Shown: piece by piece, positions 16,741 to 24,583 of the stretch | Layout: every line of letters starts with the position of its first letter | How positions within the stretch are numbered: the first letter of the stretch is position 1 | Source of the DNA: a virus | Lineage: Duplodnaviria; Caudoviricetes | Length of the DNA: 28,597 nucleotides | Direction: 5' to 3' (one strand) | IMG/VR virus record: IMGVR_UViG_3300045580_000184 | Location: 1 to 28,597 of that record | Notes under the pieces: generated by a model | What the model was told of the DNA's origin: nothing | The model's database searches: none | What the model saw: only the letters and a program-made list of their open reading frames with translations | Position numbers and translations under genes: made by a program

Positions 16741-16865
16741 CGTGTCCTCCGAATCTGAAACGTATTCACGATTGCGTGCACGGACTCATCCGGCAACCCC
16801 GCCATCACCTCCCTGCAGTCCCCGTGGTACAGCGTGACGCCGTCCTGCTCGAAGTATGGTGTCAT
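16737..16865 (-). pseudogene. Truncated DNA methyltransferase N-terminus (42 aa, not in ORF track)
   Basis: Translates MTPYFEQDGVTLYHGDCREVMAGLPDESVHAIV-NTFQIRRTR*, breaking where TDPPY is expected. Confidence 0.8.
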
Positions 16866-17050
16866 TGTTGTGGCCTCAGCATTTGTGCCGCCGAATACTC
16901 ACTCACACCTTCGCATGTCCTCACGTAATGCCGCACCGGATGTCCTGGTTTTACATGCACGCCGACGATAACGCCGCGATACCATGCATTGTGCCACCAG
17001 ACCTCAACCGCTTCACCCCTTGCGTACTCGATCACGTTCCAATTCATCAC
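16862..17050 (-). CDS. Small SH3/Tudor-like protein
   Basis: GEAVEVWWHNAWYRGVIV pattern; coupled. Confidence 0.55.
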   Translation of the reverse strand: MMNWNVIEYARGEAVEVWWHNAWYRGVIVGVHVKPGHPVRHYVRTCEGVSEYSAAQMLRPQQ

Positions 17051-17259
17051 TCACCCCCATACGGTTTGCATTCCGACCGCAGCACAACCACACCAGACGT
17101 TGCATCGACAATCTGCCACCACTCGATTCCCACTGCCTGCACGGCCTCTGTGGCTGCAGCCTTCGCCGCATCCAGCGTCGGATAAATGCCCAGCAGATCA
17201 TTCATGCCGCCGGATGGGTAGTACACCTCACCGCCAAATAACCAGTGCCAGCCTGTCAT
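17047..17259 (-). CDS. Hypothetical phage protein (YYPSGG...WWQIVD)
   Basis: Coupled ORF, typical small phage protein. Confidence 0.7.
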   Translation of the reverse strand: MTGWHWLFGGEVYYPSGGMNDLLGIYPTLDAAKAAATEAVQAVGIEWWQIVDATSGVVVLRSECKPYGGE

Positions 17260-17462
17260 TGTTTCACCCCCTCCAACGTGACGATGGCTGTTTTCAGCGC
17301 GTTGCGCGTGAGCTGAATGCGATTCAGCACACCTCGCAAAAACGCCTCCAGCCCAGCATCCTGAAACTCTTTATCGCAGTCCTCCGGCGGACACAACTGC
17401 ATCGCCCCTGCAATCATCTGCAGCATTCGCTGTTCGCCTTTGCTCAGGTCACTCGTTTTCAT
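17256..17462 (-). CDS. Hypothetical protein
   Basis: ATGA coupling at both ends. Confidence 0.65.
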   Translation of the reverse strand: MKTSDLSKGEQRMLQMIAGAMQLCPPEDCDKEFQDAGLEAFLRGVLNRIQLTRNALKTAIVTLEGVKQ

Positions 17463-17944
17463 TCCTTCACCCTCCACGCGATAACGTCGTCATACCGGCC
17501 AGTCTTCTCTCGCCAGTCCTCAATCTGCCACCCATCACGCCTCAGCGCGTCAACACTGTCCTGTGTCTGGATGTCCTCGATAACGTACACGCCACCGGGT
17601 CGCAGCCGACGCCCCATCACCTCAGCGGTCGCCGTGTAATCCGGGTAAAGGTGGCTGCCATCGTCGATGATCAGATCCAGCATTCCGACACGCTTCGCCT
17701 GCCCCTCCTGAAGAATCGCCACCGCATGATCCACAGCATGTGCACAGACCATCAGCTCTAAATGTCCGTCTTCTGATGTCACCGTCACGTCCTCCAACCC
17801 CTGCAGCAGCTCCACAGCTCGACTCACGGCCTTTGCCGCACCGATCAGCACCTTCAGATCGGCGATAAAGGCGGGCTGTTTTTCGTGCCCGTAATTGCGA
17901 ACCCACGCTTCCAGCCGATTGATCGTGTCAACAATATCGCTCAT
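17459..17944 (-). CDS. Chimeric protein with the C-terminal half of a class I SAM O-methyltransferase
   Basis: LDLIIDDGSH...LRPGGVYVIEDI present; no N-terminal LEIG-type SAM-binding motif. Confidence 0.65.
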   Translation of the reverse strand: MSDIVDTINRLEAWVRNYGHEKQPAFIADLKVLIGAAKAVSRAVELLQGLEDVTVTSEDGHLELMVCAHAVDHAVAILQEGQAKRVGMLDLIIDDGSHLYPDYTATAEVMGRRLRPGGVYVIEDIQTQDSVDALRRDGWQIEDWREKTGRYDDVIAWRVKE

Positions 17945-18225
17945 TGTCGCCACCCTCCTGTTTTCTCCGCCGCGTCCATTTCGCCCCACGATTTCCCCCG
18001 CACATTTTCCCCCCGGTCCCAGTCAATCCAGCCGCCTTCCTCGTCTGATGTCCGCCCCATTGCCTGCCGACACTCCGGATGCATCACCACCGTGCCACCG
18101 TCGCTGCCATCACGCCACCTGTATGACTCGTAGGACTGGCCGATGTTGATCAGCTCCCCGCACCAATCGCACCGGCGGGCCTTGCGCGAGGCTTTCACCG
18201 ATTGTTCGTGGAAGGTGTCGCTCAT
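17941..18225 (-). CDS. Small zinc-binding protein
   Basis: KARRCDWCGELINIG...HPEC. Confidence 0.7.
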   Translation of the reverse strand: MSDTFHEQSVKASRKARRCDWCGELINIGQSYESYRWRDGSDGGTVVMHPECRQAMGRTSDEEGGWIDWDRGENVRGKSWGEMDAAEKTGGWRQ

Positions 18226-18809
18226 TCGCTCACCCTCTCCACATTCCAGACTGCCTCACCAATACACCGCACGACAAACCGAATGCCCCGTTTCTTCATC
18301 TTCCATTTTGCCCGCACAATATCACGCCGCTCAACATCTCGCACCACCGTACCCTGACCCGCTCGCAGGCGTTCCACCGCCTTCACGATCCGCAGCAATT
18401 CTGCCTCACGGCGAATCCGCAGCGTCTTGTTTTTCGGCAGCTTCAGCACGATCGGCACACCGTCCCGAACCACCGTCCGGAACCGATACGGCCTCCCCAT
18501 CACCCGCGCCCACTCGTTCAGTTTGACGACCGCCTTTCCGACCGCCACCGGATCGCGCCCCGAAAACCGCCGGGACTTGCCCGTCTGCCACTCAGGACAG
18601 TCGGAAACCTCGACGCACTCCACCAGCCACACCAGCAACCCGTCTGGCGTCCGCAGTGTCTTCAGCCGCAACCCGTCGCTGCGGTCTGCGTTCAAGGTGC
18701 CCACCGCCCGCCTGATCTGGCGTTCCTCGCACGTCGGGACCGTCAGGACAACGGACTGCCCCAGCGTCAGATCCTGCAGGTGGTGGCGTCGGATTGCCAA
18801 TGGGATCAT
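18222..18809 (-). CDS. Basic hypothetical protein
   Basis: Arg-rich 195 aa, coupled at both ends. Confidence 0.65.
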   Translation of the reverse strand: MIPLAIRRHHLQDLTLGQSVVLTVPTCEERQIRRAVGTLNADRSDGLRLKTLRTPDGLLVWLVECVEVSDCPEWQTGKSRRFSGRDPVAVGKAVVKLNEWARVMGRPYRFRTVVRDGVPIVLKLPKNKTLRIRREAELLRIVKAVERLRAGQGTVVRDVERRDIVRAKWKMKKRGIRFVVRCIGEAVWNVERVSE

Positions 18810-19243
18810 TTGCCCGCCCTCCGCTCCAGATATCGCTCTCGTGCGGTGTCAGGATTCCACCCAAGACATTCATAGACCGCCCGCCAGGCCTGCTCATGCG
18901 TCTCTGGCGTGCAGTCCTCGGCCGCCTGCAGTAGTTCGCCGAGATGTCGATACGCCTGCCACTGCCGCAACGTTTGCCGCCAGAACGTCTCCACCATATG
19001 CAGCCACTCGCCCAACCCTGAGCTGTAGAATGTGCAGTCATGGCGGAACACCGCCCGATATCTCGGATCGTACTGCACATGACTCGTGCACGCTCCGCTG
19101 ATGACCTCGCCCGTAATGCGTCCGTTGCGGTCGACCTCCAGAAACCAATCTGACACCACCGGGATTGGCGGACAGTGCTCCAGCAGGTGCCCACGCTCAC
19201 GCGCTGCAAAGGCCCTCAAGGACTCCAGTTGAGAATCACTCAT
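18806..19243 (-). CDS. Hypothetical protein
   Basis: Coupled at both ends. Confidence 0.65.
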   Translation of the reverse strand: MSDSQLESLRAFAARERGHLLEHCPPIPVVSDWFLEVDRNGRITGEVISGACTSHVQYDPRYRAVFRHDCTFYSSGLGEWLHMVETFWRQTLRQWQAYRHLGELLQAAEDCTPETHEQAWRAVYECLGWNPDTARERYLERRAGK

Positions 19244-19731
19244 GTGCCCGCCCTCCGCTCAATGAACCCGCGAACCAGTCGCGCCCACGACGCCACCGCA
19301 AACGTGTACAGCTCATATGGTGCCCGACCCTGCTGTATCTGCTCCAACTCCCACGCGCCGACGGCCCTGTCTGCAGCAATGACTGCCTCCCAGCTCATGC
19401 TGCCAGGCTGCGGAACTCGCATCGGCAACCGCCGCACGATTGCATCGTCAATCTCATCCTGATCCATCCGCAGCCGTGCTGTCACATATGGTCGCACCAC
19501 GTCGCCTGTCAGCACCTCGTGGCAATCGTGCAGCAATGCCCACAGCCGCGCCCTGTCTGATGCCGTTGGGTCAGCGTCCACGCGCTCAAACACGTGCAGA
19601 CTGTGCCGCAGCACAGTGCAGTTCGGCACCTGACCACCGAATCGGTTGATACGGCCCAAACACGCTGCCACCCGCTCCGGGTCCGTGACGATTGCGTCCG
19701 CCAGTTGTTCTGGTGTTTGAACAAGACTCAT
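19240..19731 (-). CDS. HD-domain phosphohydrolase (YfbR/YfdR-like nucleotidase)
   Basis: LGRINRFGG...TVLRHS...ALLHDCHEVLTGDVVRP. Confidence 0.85.
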   Translation of the reverse strand: MSLVQTPEQLADAIVTDPERVAACLGRINRFGGQVPNCTVLRHSLHVFERVDADPTASDRARLWALLHDCHEVLTGDVVRPYVTARLRMDQDEIDDAIVRRLPMRVPQPGSMSWEAVIAADRAVGAWELEQIQQGRAPYELYTFAVASWARLVRGFIERRAGT

Positions 19732-20099
19732 GGTTCCTGCCCCTCCTTAAATGCCCGCCGGATCTCCGCCAGCACTGCGTCGACAGCCTGCTCAGCAGTG
19801 GCACCAACCGCGTGCGTCCACGGCCAGCCACTGCTGCGCACGCTCCAATGCGTCGGCCCGCCGAAAGTCGGCGCACTGGCTCGCATCTCAGCAAAAAACA
19901 AATCCAATCTTTCGATTGCGGCGTGCAGTTTGCCCCGCAACTCCGCGTTCTCGGCCTCCAGTCGTTGCAATCGCAATTCCGGCGAAAGATATTGCCATGC
20001 CTCATGCCAGTCAGCCCGTTTCCGTGGTGGCGGTGGCGATGTCGGACGGTTTTCCGGCCGCGCGCCGGGCGGTGGTGGTGTGGGTTGTTTCGCGCTCAT
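19728..20099 (-). CDS. Hypothetical protein, Pro-rich N-terminus and coiled coil
   Basis: Coupled ORF. Confidence 0.6.
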   Translation of the reverse strand: MSAKQPTPPPPGARPENRPTSPPPPRKRADWHEAWQYLSPELRLQRLEAENAELRGKLHAAIERLDLFFAEMRASAPTFGGPTHWSVRSSGWPWTHAVGATAEQAVDAVLAEIRRAFKEGQEP

Positions 20100-20305
20100 G
20101 GTACCTGCCCCTCCACGTCGTCCTCGATCAATCGCATCCGCAGTCCTCGCACGTCGCTTTCGATTTTCGCGATGCGCCTCATCACGTCGGACAGTGTCCG
20201 GTTGATCCGGTCAATCTCCGCTTGCAGATCCACAGGCGGTTCCGGTGTCGGTGTCGGTGTCGGCTGCTCAAGGTCGCCGTCGATGTAGATTTTGATTGTT
20301 GCCAT
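20096..20305 (-). CDS. Small coiled-coil protein
   Basis: PTPTPTPEPP linker then heptads; coupled. Confidence 0.6.
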   Translation of the reverse strand: MATIKIYIDGDLEQPTPTPTPEPPVDLQAEIDRINRTLSDVMRRIAKIESDVRGLRMRLIEDDVEGQVP

Positions 20306-20487
20306 CACTGCACCCCCGCCGCATTTGCCACGATCGTTGCCAGCCCCTCCTGGCGCGTCGTGTATCGCTGATCAATCCACCGCACCACCTCGGGCGGGAG
20401 TTTGACCACGCACGTGATCGCTTGCACTGAGTGCTTGCGGGGTCTGCCCATTGGCTTTTTCTCGGTCACTGTCTTTGACTTCTTCAT
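20305..20487 (-). CDS. Small DNA-binding protein (GRPR motif plus ribbon-helix-helix-like)
   Basis: KKPMGRPRK...CVVKLPPEVVRWID. Confidence 0.6.
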   Translation of the reverse strand: MKKSKTVTEKKPMGRPRKHSVQAITCVVKLPPEVVRWIDQRYTTRQEGLATIVANAAGVQ

Positions 20488-20750
20488 CGGTCGTCCTTTC
20501 GTTTCTTTGCGAACTGCTCCACCTGTTCCGCGGCCTCACGAATCCACGTCAACTCCTGCACCAAATGCCGCGCCGCCCGTCGGCCACGCACGGACAGCCA
20601 CGTTGCCGCCGTAAGCCGTCCCAATTCCTCCACCAGATCCTTGACGATGTCGTCAGTCACGGTCGTCCTTTCGTTAAGTAAACACACCTCGCACCGCTCG
20701 ACCTCCCACGGGCAAAGCGGTTGCCTGCACGTCTCGCACAGTTCGGTCAT
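20484..20750 (-). CDS. Hypothetical protein with N-terminal CxxC pairs
   Basis: CETC...CEVC; possible internal GTG start at 20660. Confidence 0.55.
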   Translation of the reverse strand: MTELCETCRQPLCPWEVERCEVCLLNERTTVTDDIVKDLVEELGRLTAATWLSVRGRRAARHLVQELTWIREAAEQVEQFAKKRKDDR

Positions 20751-20995
20751 GTCCGGATTCCTGCCTCAAACCACTCCGTCTTTGACTGCCTGATTCCGTT
20801 TACGAACGCAATCACGCGCACCCCGCAGAACTCATCATTGGAACAGCCGTGGACTGCCCAGTTGTTGAAGCACATGCGGTGAAAACTTTCGGCGTAGATT
20901 TGCGCCACGTTTCGCGCCCCAAGCTCACTCTCAAACAACTCCAGCGGCACGTCACAATCGCCGAACTCCGCCACCACCAACCACACTTTACCCAT
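20747..20995 (-). CDS. Hypothetical protein, first gene after the 21085-21112 promoter
   Basis: GAGGGG RBS, ATG at 20995. Confidence 0.65.
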   Translation of the reverse strand: MGKVWLVVAEFGDCDVPLELFESELGARNVAQIYAESFHRMCFNNWAVHGCSNDEFCGVRVIAFVNGIRQSKTEWFEAGIRT

Positions 20996-21005
20996 GCGTT
21001 TCCCC

Positions 21006-21036
21006 TCGCTGACAAATCGCTGACATATCGCTGACA
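21006..21036. repeat. Three TCGCTGACA repeats with 11-bp period
   Basis: 21006-14, 21017-25, 21028-36. Confidence 0.9.
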
Positions 21037-21084
21037 AACCCCCGCCAGCCAGTCCGGCGGGGATGTCGTTCACCACTGCGTCAG

Positions 21085-21140
21085 ATCATACAATCATTTT
21101 CGGAAAGTACAAGGCCGATTCTGAAGTATTTTCGGAAAAT
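21085..21140 (-). promoter_or_regulatory. sigma70-like promoter with ATTTTCGGAAA boxes
   Basis: TTGTAC(21107-12)-N16-TATGAT(21085-90); box in spacer (21096-21106) and palindrome ATTTTC-G-GAAAAT (21128-40). Confidence 0.7.
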
Positions 21141-21141
21141 T

Positions 21142-21162
21142 AAAAACCCCGATTTCTCGGGG
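21142..21162 (-). terminator. Intrinsic terminator
   Basis: CCCCGA-GAAA-UCGGGG-UUUUU after stop at 21179. Confidence 0.85.
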
Positions 21163-21178
21163 GTTTCGGGGTGGGGTG

Positions 21179-21505
21179 TCAGCCGCCGTTCCGGATCTGG
21201 AGCCTCCACGCTGCACGCTCAGCCCGCACGGCCTCCCACTTTGCGATGAACGTGACCAACTCATCACGCTCGCGGATTGCTTTCTTGTCGCCCTTCGCCA
21301 CTCGTGTGGCGATGCTGCCGCTGTTGTAGAACTCCAGTGCCTCACGAGCTGCACTGACAATCTGCGCCGTGTTGTAGTTCTCGACATCGTCGCCGTCTTC
21401 GGCTGCCATATCGAGTGCCTCAGACAACTCGCTGCACTTGCGAGCATCTCGCAGGCAAGCGGCTCGGTAGGCGTCTTTGGGCAGGTGTGCTGTTCTGATT
21501 GCCAT
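21179..21505 (-). CDS. Hypothetical protein in its own promoter-terminator cassette
   Basis: GGGAGA RBS, 108 aa helical. Confidence 0.75.
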   Translation of the reverse strand: MAIRTAHLPKDAYRAACLRDARKCSELSEALDMAAEDGDDVENYNTAQIVSAAREALEFYNSGSIATRVAKGDKKAIRERDELVTFIAKWEAVRAERAAWRLQIRNGG

Positions 21506-21613
21506 CGTTCAATTCTCCCGGTTTGAGTTTTCCAACTGCCCCTCAGCAGTCGTGTGTGGATATCTTACACTATCGGCAACCTGTGTCAACCCTGATTACA
21601 AAGATTTTCAGAA
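21506..21613 (-). promoter_or_regulatory. Repeated expression cassette copy 2
   Basis: TTGACA(21584-89)-N16-TAAGAT(21562-67), GCCGATAGTGTAA core, hairpin ACUGC-UGAGGG-GCAGU (21535-50). Confidence 0.85.
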
Positions 21614-21858
21614 TTCTGTCCGCAGGTCATCGTGCGCGAAGTCCACAGGCAGTCGCCGCTTTCATCAAACTCCACGCACTTTGCCATCAACCGCTTCCAC
21701 CGGCCTGCCATTCGTCGCGAGTGTTCGCCGTATCCCCGCTCTCTCAGCGCGAGGATGATTCTGTGTGTACTCACAGGCTCACAGCCGAATTCGGTGACGA
21801 CCACCGATTCCACGATTGCAGCATCTGCGCGTTCCTTTGCGCCTCTCTGTGGTGCCAT
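21586..21858 (-). CDS. Hypothetical protein
   Basis: ATG at 21858 with GAGGGG RBS; end overlaps the next promoter. Confidence 0.5.
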   Translation of the reverse strand: MAPQRGAKERADAAIVESVVVTEFGCEPVSTHRIILALRERGYGEHSRRMAGRWKRLMAKCVEFDESGDCLWTSRTMTCGQNSENLCNQG

Positions 21859-21889
21859 TGTGTTCCCCTCGATTAGACTGCCAACCGGA

Positions 21890-22180
21890 TCAGACGCCCG
21901 CCACCGCATTCACCTTCGCCCAGCCAAAGACGGCCCCGATGTTTCTGCAGTCGATCATCGTTCCTTTTGCGGCTTCCAGCTCGTCACTTGTCAGCGTGTT
22001 CAAAATCTCAACAGCCGTCCGCATTGCAGCGATATATGCCGCTTCGCAAGCCTTGTGGGCCTGCATGGCCACCAACATTTGCTGCGTCTTCAGGTACACT
22101 GGAACCGACGACATCAACCACTCGCCACGCTTCTCAACTGCTGTTCGTGCTGCCTGTCGTGCTGTTTCGATCTTGCTCAT
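21890..22180 (-). CDS. Hypothetical protein, first early gene
   Basis: ATG at 22180 after GGGAGACAGGACG. Confidence 0.7.
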   Translation of the reverse strand: MSKIETARQAARTAVEKRGEWLMSSVPVYLKTQQMLVAMQAHKACEAAYIAAMRTAVEILNTLTSDELEAAKGTMIDCRNIGAVFGWAKVNAVAGV

Positions 22181-22297
22181 CGTCCTGTCTCCCGGTTTGG
22201 TTTCGCTCGCACCCCTCAGTGCTCGCATGTCGATATATTACACTATCGGCGCAGGTTGTCAACCGTCTTTCGGACAATCTCGAAAGATTTTCGGAAA
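22181..22297 (-). promoter_or_regulatory. Repeated expression cassette copy 3
   Basis: TTGACA(22257-62)-N16-TAATAT(22235-40), GCCGATAGTGTAA core, hairpin GCAC-UGAGGG-GUGC (22209-22). Confidence 0.85.
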
Positions 22298-22318
22298 CTA
22301 CTCGATTGGCTGTGGCTG

Positions 22319-24577
22319 TCAGGGCAGTTCGTTATCGACCACCGGCCCGTAAACGTACAGCCGAGAACCGCGCAACCAACCGCCCCGTGGTGATGGATAC
22401 GTCTTCGCCGGGCTGGCGGTGCTGCCGTAATTCCGGGACCACACCACGCTTGCATCGGTCGCGGAATATGCCACCAGTCCGCCCGTGCTGGGGAACGTGC
22501 GGCGGCTGCGGACCTCGATTGACACTCGGCCTGTGCTGACATATCGCGGATCAATAAACCCCAGGCTGCCGGCTGCCTGAAAATGGATGTCGATATTCGC
22601 CTCAAACAGGCTGATTGCTGGGCTGTTGTCTGTCACGTTTGTGGCACCCAGCGGATTGACCCGGACATTCGAGACCACGCCCTCAGTGTTCTCGGGAAAC
22701 AATGCCAGCACCGCGTTGACGATGTCGGTTCCGCTGCATTGCCAATCCAGCCACGCCGTTGTTTTGTTTGTCAGTCCAGTGCCTGCCTGTGGCTTAAACA
22801 GGATGCGGAATTCTCCGGCGTTGTATCGCTCATCCGGCCTTGTGTACCATCGCCAGCGATAGGTGCGGGAAATGCTGCCAGCATACGCCACACCGCCCAC
22901 CGTCGGCCCCAGCGTATTGTTGTTGTTGCTCCACAGGATGGGCGTTGTGTCGTCGCTGAACGTCAGGACGGGCGCATAAATCCGGTCAGCATCCGCGCCC
23001 AGCGGGGCGTACCATGTTCCGATCAACAGTTTTTTTGACGGTGTCTTGAACTGGCTGCCGCCCAAGTTGTACGCAATCTCACCAACTGGGGATGTTGTGG
23101 TGGTGAATCGCCGCTCGTACGCATACGCCAGCCTGTCTGTTGCGCTGCCGTCCAGCAATCTTGAGACTGCCGCGTTGTTGTTTAGCGTTCCCGACGTGCT
23201 CACTTCCGACTCATCAAACTCCGTGAACGTGCCTGCGGCAATGTCCGCAATTGTGCCGGCCTTTTCGCTGGTGTTGTACACTCGCCTGCGAACACACACC
23301 GCTACTTTGCCGGACTGTGCCAGACCAGTTGCCCACGCCCACCGGCCCGCATAGATGTCTGCGTTGATGTACTTCTGCCAGATCCGTGACCACGGGCTGC
23401 CCACAGTCCAGCCTTCAACCGTCCGCCCGTTTGTGCCCTGGAACCCAAACACCAGCACACTGTTGCTGGCTCCCGCGTACAAATCCGGCTCAATGTCAGA
23501 CGTGCTCAGCGTTGAGACTGTTGGGACCGTGCCCGCCGTCTCTGCAATCAACTTGCCCGGAACACTACTGCTACCCAGTCCGAAAATCCGCCCAACGTGG
23601 CTGGTGATTGCCCCCGTGGACGTGCTCCAGCTCACCGCCGCCGCTCGAGTGTCCCGTGTGCCTGTCGGTGGTGGAGGGAATGACACTGGACAGGTGCCGG
23701 CCCGCAATTCGCCGTCATACGTTCCGGATGTCAACGGTTCTTCTGCAGGCCCCGGATTGCAGGTGTCTGACACCAGCACCCACGTTGACGTTCCAGCGTC
23801 CCACTGAAACAGACAGGAGCCTGACCCGCCAGCGGAATAAGTGTAATCGAATTTTATGCCGCTGATGTCCCCTGTGGATTGCGACCATGTCACGTCCACA
23901 TTGATTGCAGCATCCGGCCACGGCCCGCCCGTCACCGTTGCCGCTGTGCAGTCTGCCGTGGCCTCAAACAGCGTTTTCACCGCGCCCGCCGTCGCATTGT
24001 ACGGAATTGTGATTATCTCGCTGGAGGTCTTCGTGCGGATGTAGACGTTGCCGCCCTGCAGCGTGTGCCTGTGCAGGATGTATTCCTTGTTCGCCGTGTC
24101 CGTGGTGTAGTCCACCCATTCCACACACGGGTCCATTGAATGCGGCATGAGATAGTCACCGCCAGACAGTCCGACTGGCAACACCATTCGCGTCATGTTC
24201 ACCGTTTGAAATGCTCCGGTGCCCACCTGCGCGTAGGCAAACACGCCCTGCATCGTCGCCGATTCGACTTCCGTTCCGTCCGTGCTGTCCAGCTTCACCA
24301 GCGTCAGGCACTGCGCACAATTCGCGGTCAGTGCTCCCGTCGGAACGTAGCGCGGTCCCGGCGTTCCTGCAAAGTATCCGAGACCTCCGGCCAGAACGAA
24401 TTTATTGTTTGCTGTCCACTCGTTTTTTATGCCGCTGATTCGGTCGGCCCCGTAATGCTGCGCCCACAGCATCCCCGGCCCGTACTCCCACACCGTCACG
24501 CCTGTGCTGGCGGTCAGTCCTTTGATTGTGACCGGCTCGACGGTCTTGCATTTGCAGCATCTGCCCACCAGCATCAC
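22319..24577 (-). CDS. Large tail-tip / receptor-binding protein, possibly beta-propeller with inserted modules
   Basis: 752 aa, Thr/Gly/Ser-rich, last gene of the tail block; blade-like ASTGVTVW, LDSTDG, SATDASVVW; N-terminal CCKC. Confidence 0.7.
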   Translation of the reverse strand: MMLVGRCCKCKTVEPVTIKGLTASTGVTVWEYGPGMLWAQHYGADRISGIKNEWTANNKFVLAGGLGYFAGTPGPRYVPTGALTANCAQCLTLVKLDSTDGTEVESATMQGVFAYAQVGTGAFQTVNMTRMVLPVGLSGGDYLMPHSMDPCVEWVDYTTDTANKEYILHRHTLQGGNVYIRTKTSSEIITIPYNATAGAVKTLFEATADCTAATVTGGPWPDAAINVDVTWSQSTGDISGIKFDYTYSAGGSGSCLFQWDAGTSTWVLVSDTCNPGPAEEPLTSGTYDGELRAGTCPVSFPPPPTGTRDTRAAAVSWSTSTGAITSHVGRIFGLGSSSVPGKLIAETAGTVPTVSTLSTSDIEPDLYAGASNSVLVFGFQGTNGRTVEGWTVGSPWSRIWQKYINADIYAGRWAWATGLAQSGKVAVCVRRRVYNTSEKAGTIADIAAGTFTEFDESEVSTSGTLNNNAAVSRLLDGSATDRLAYAYERRFTTTTSPVGEIAYNLGGSQFKTPSKKLLIGTWYAPLGADADRIYAPVLTFSDDTTPILWSNNNNTLGPTVGGVAYAGSISRTYRWRWYTRPDERYNAGEFRILFKPQAGTGLTNKTTAWLDWQCSGTDIVNAVLALFPENTEGVVSNVRVNPLGATNVTDNSPAISLFEANIDIHFQAAGSLGFIDPRYVSTGRVSIEVRSRRTFPSTGGLVAYSATDASVVWSRNYGSTASPAKTYPSPRGGWLRGSRLYVYGPVVDNELP

Positions 24578-24583
24578 AGCACC

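Noticed and set aside
19240-19731. HD hydrolase as DatZ of a 2-aminoadenine (Z-genome) pathway
   Set aside because: No PurZ, MazZ or DNA polymerase in the window; the YfbR/YfdR-like family is common in ordinary phages
9185-21036. Short repeat arrays as CRISPR or mini-arrays
   Set aside because: Repeats are 9-12 bp and tandem without unique spacers; the 38-bp repeat has two copies 402 bp apart and is coding
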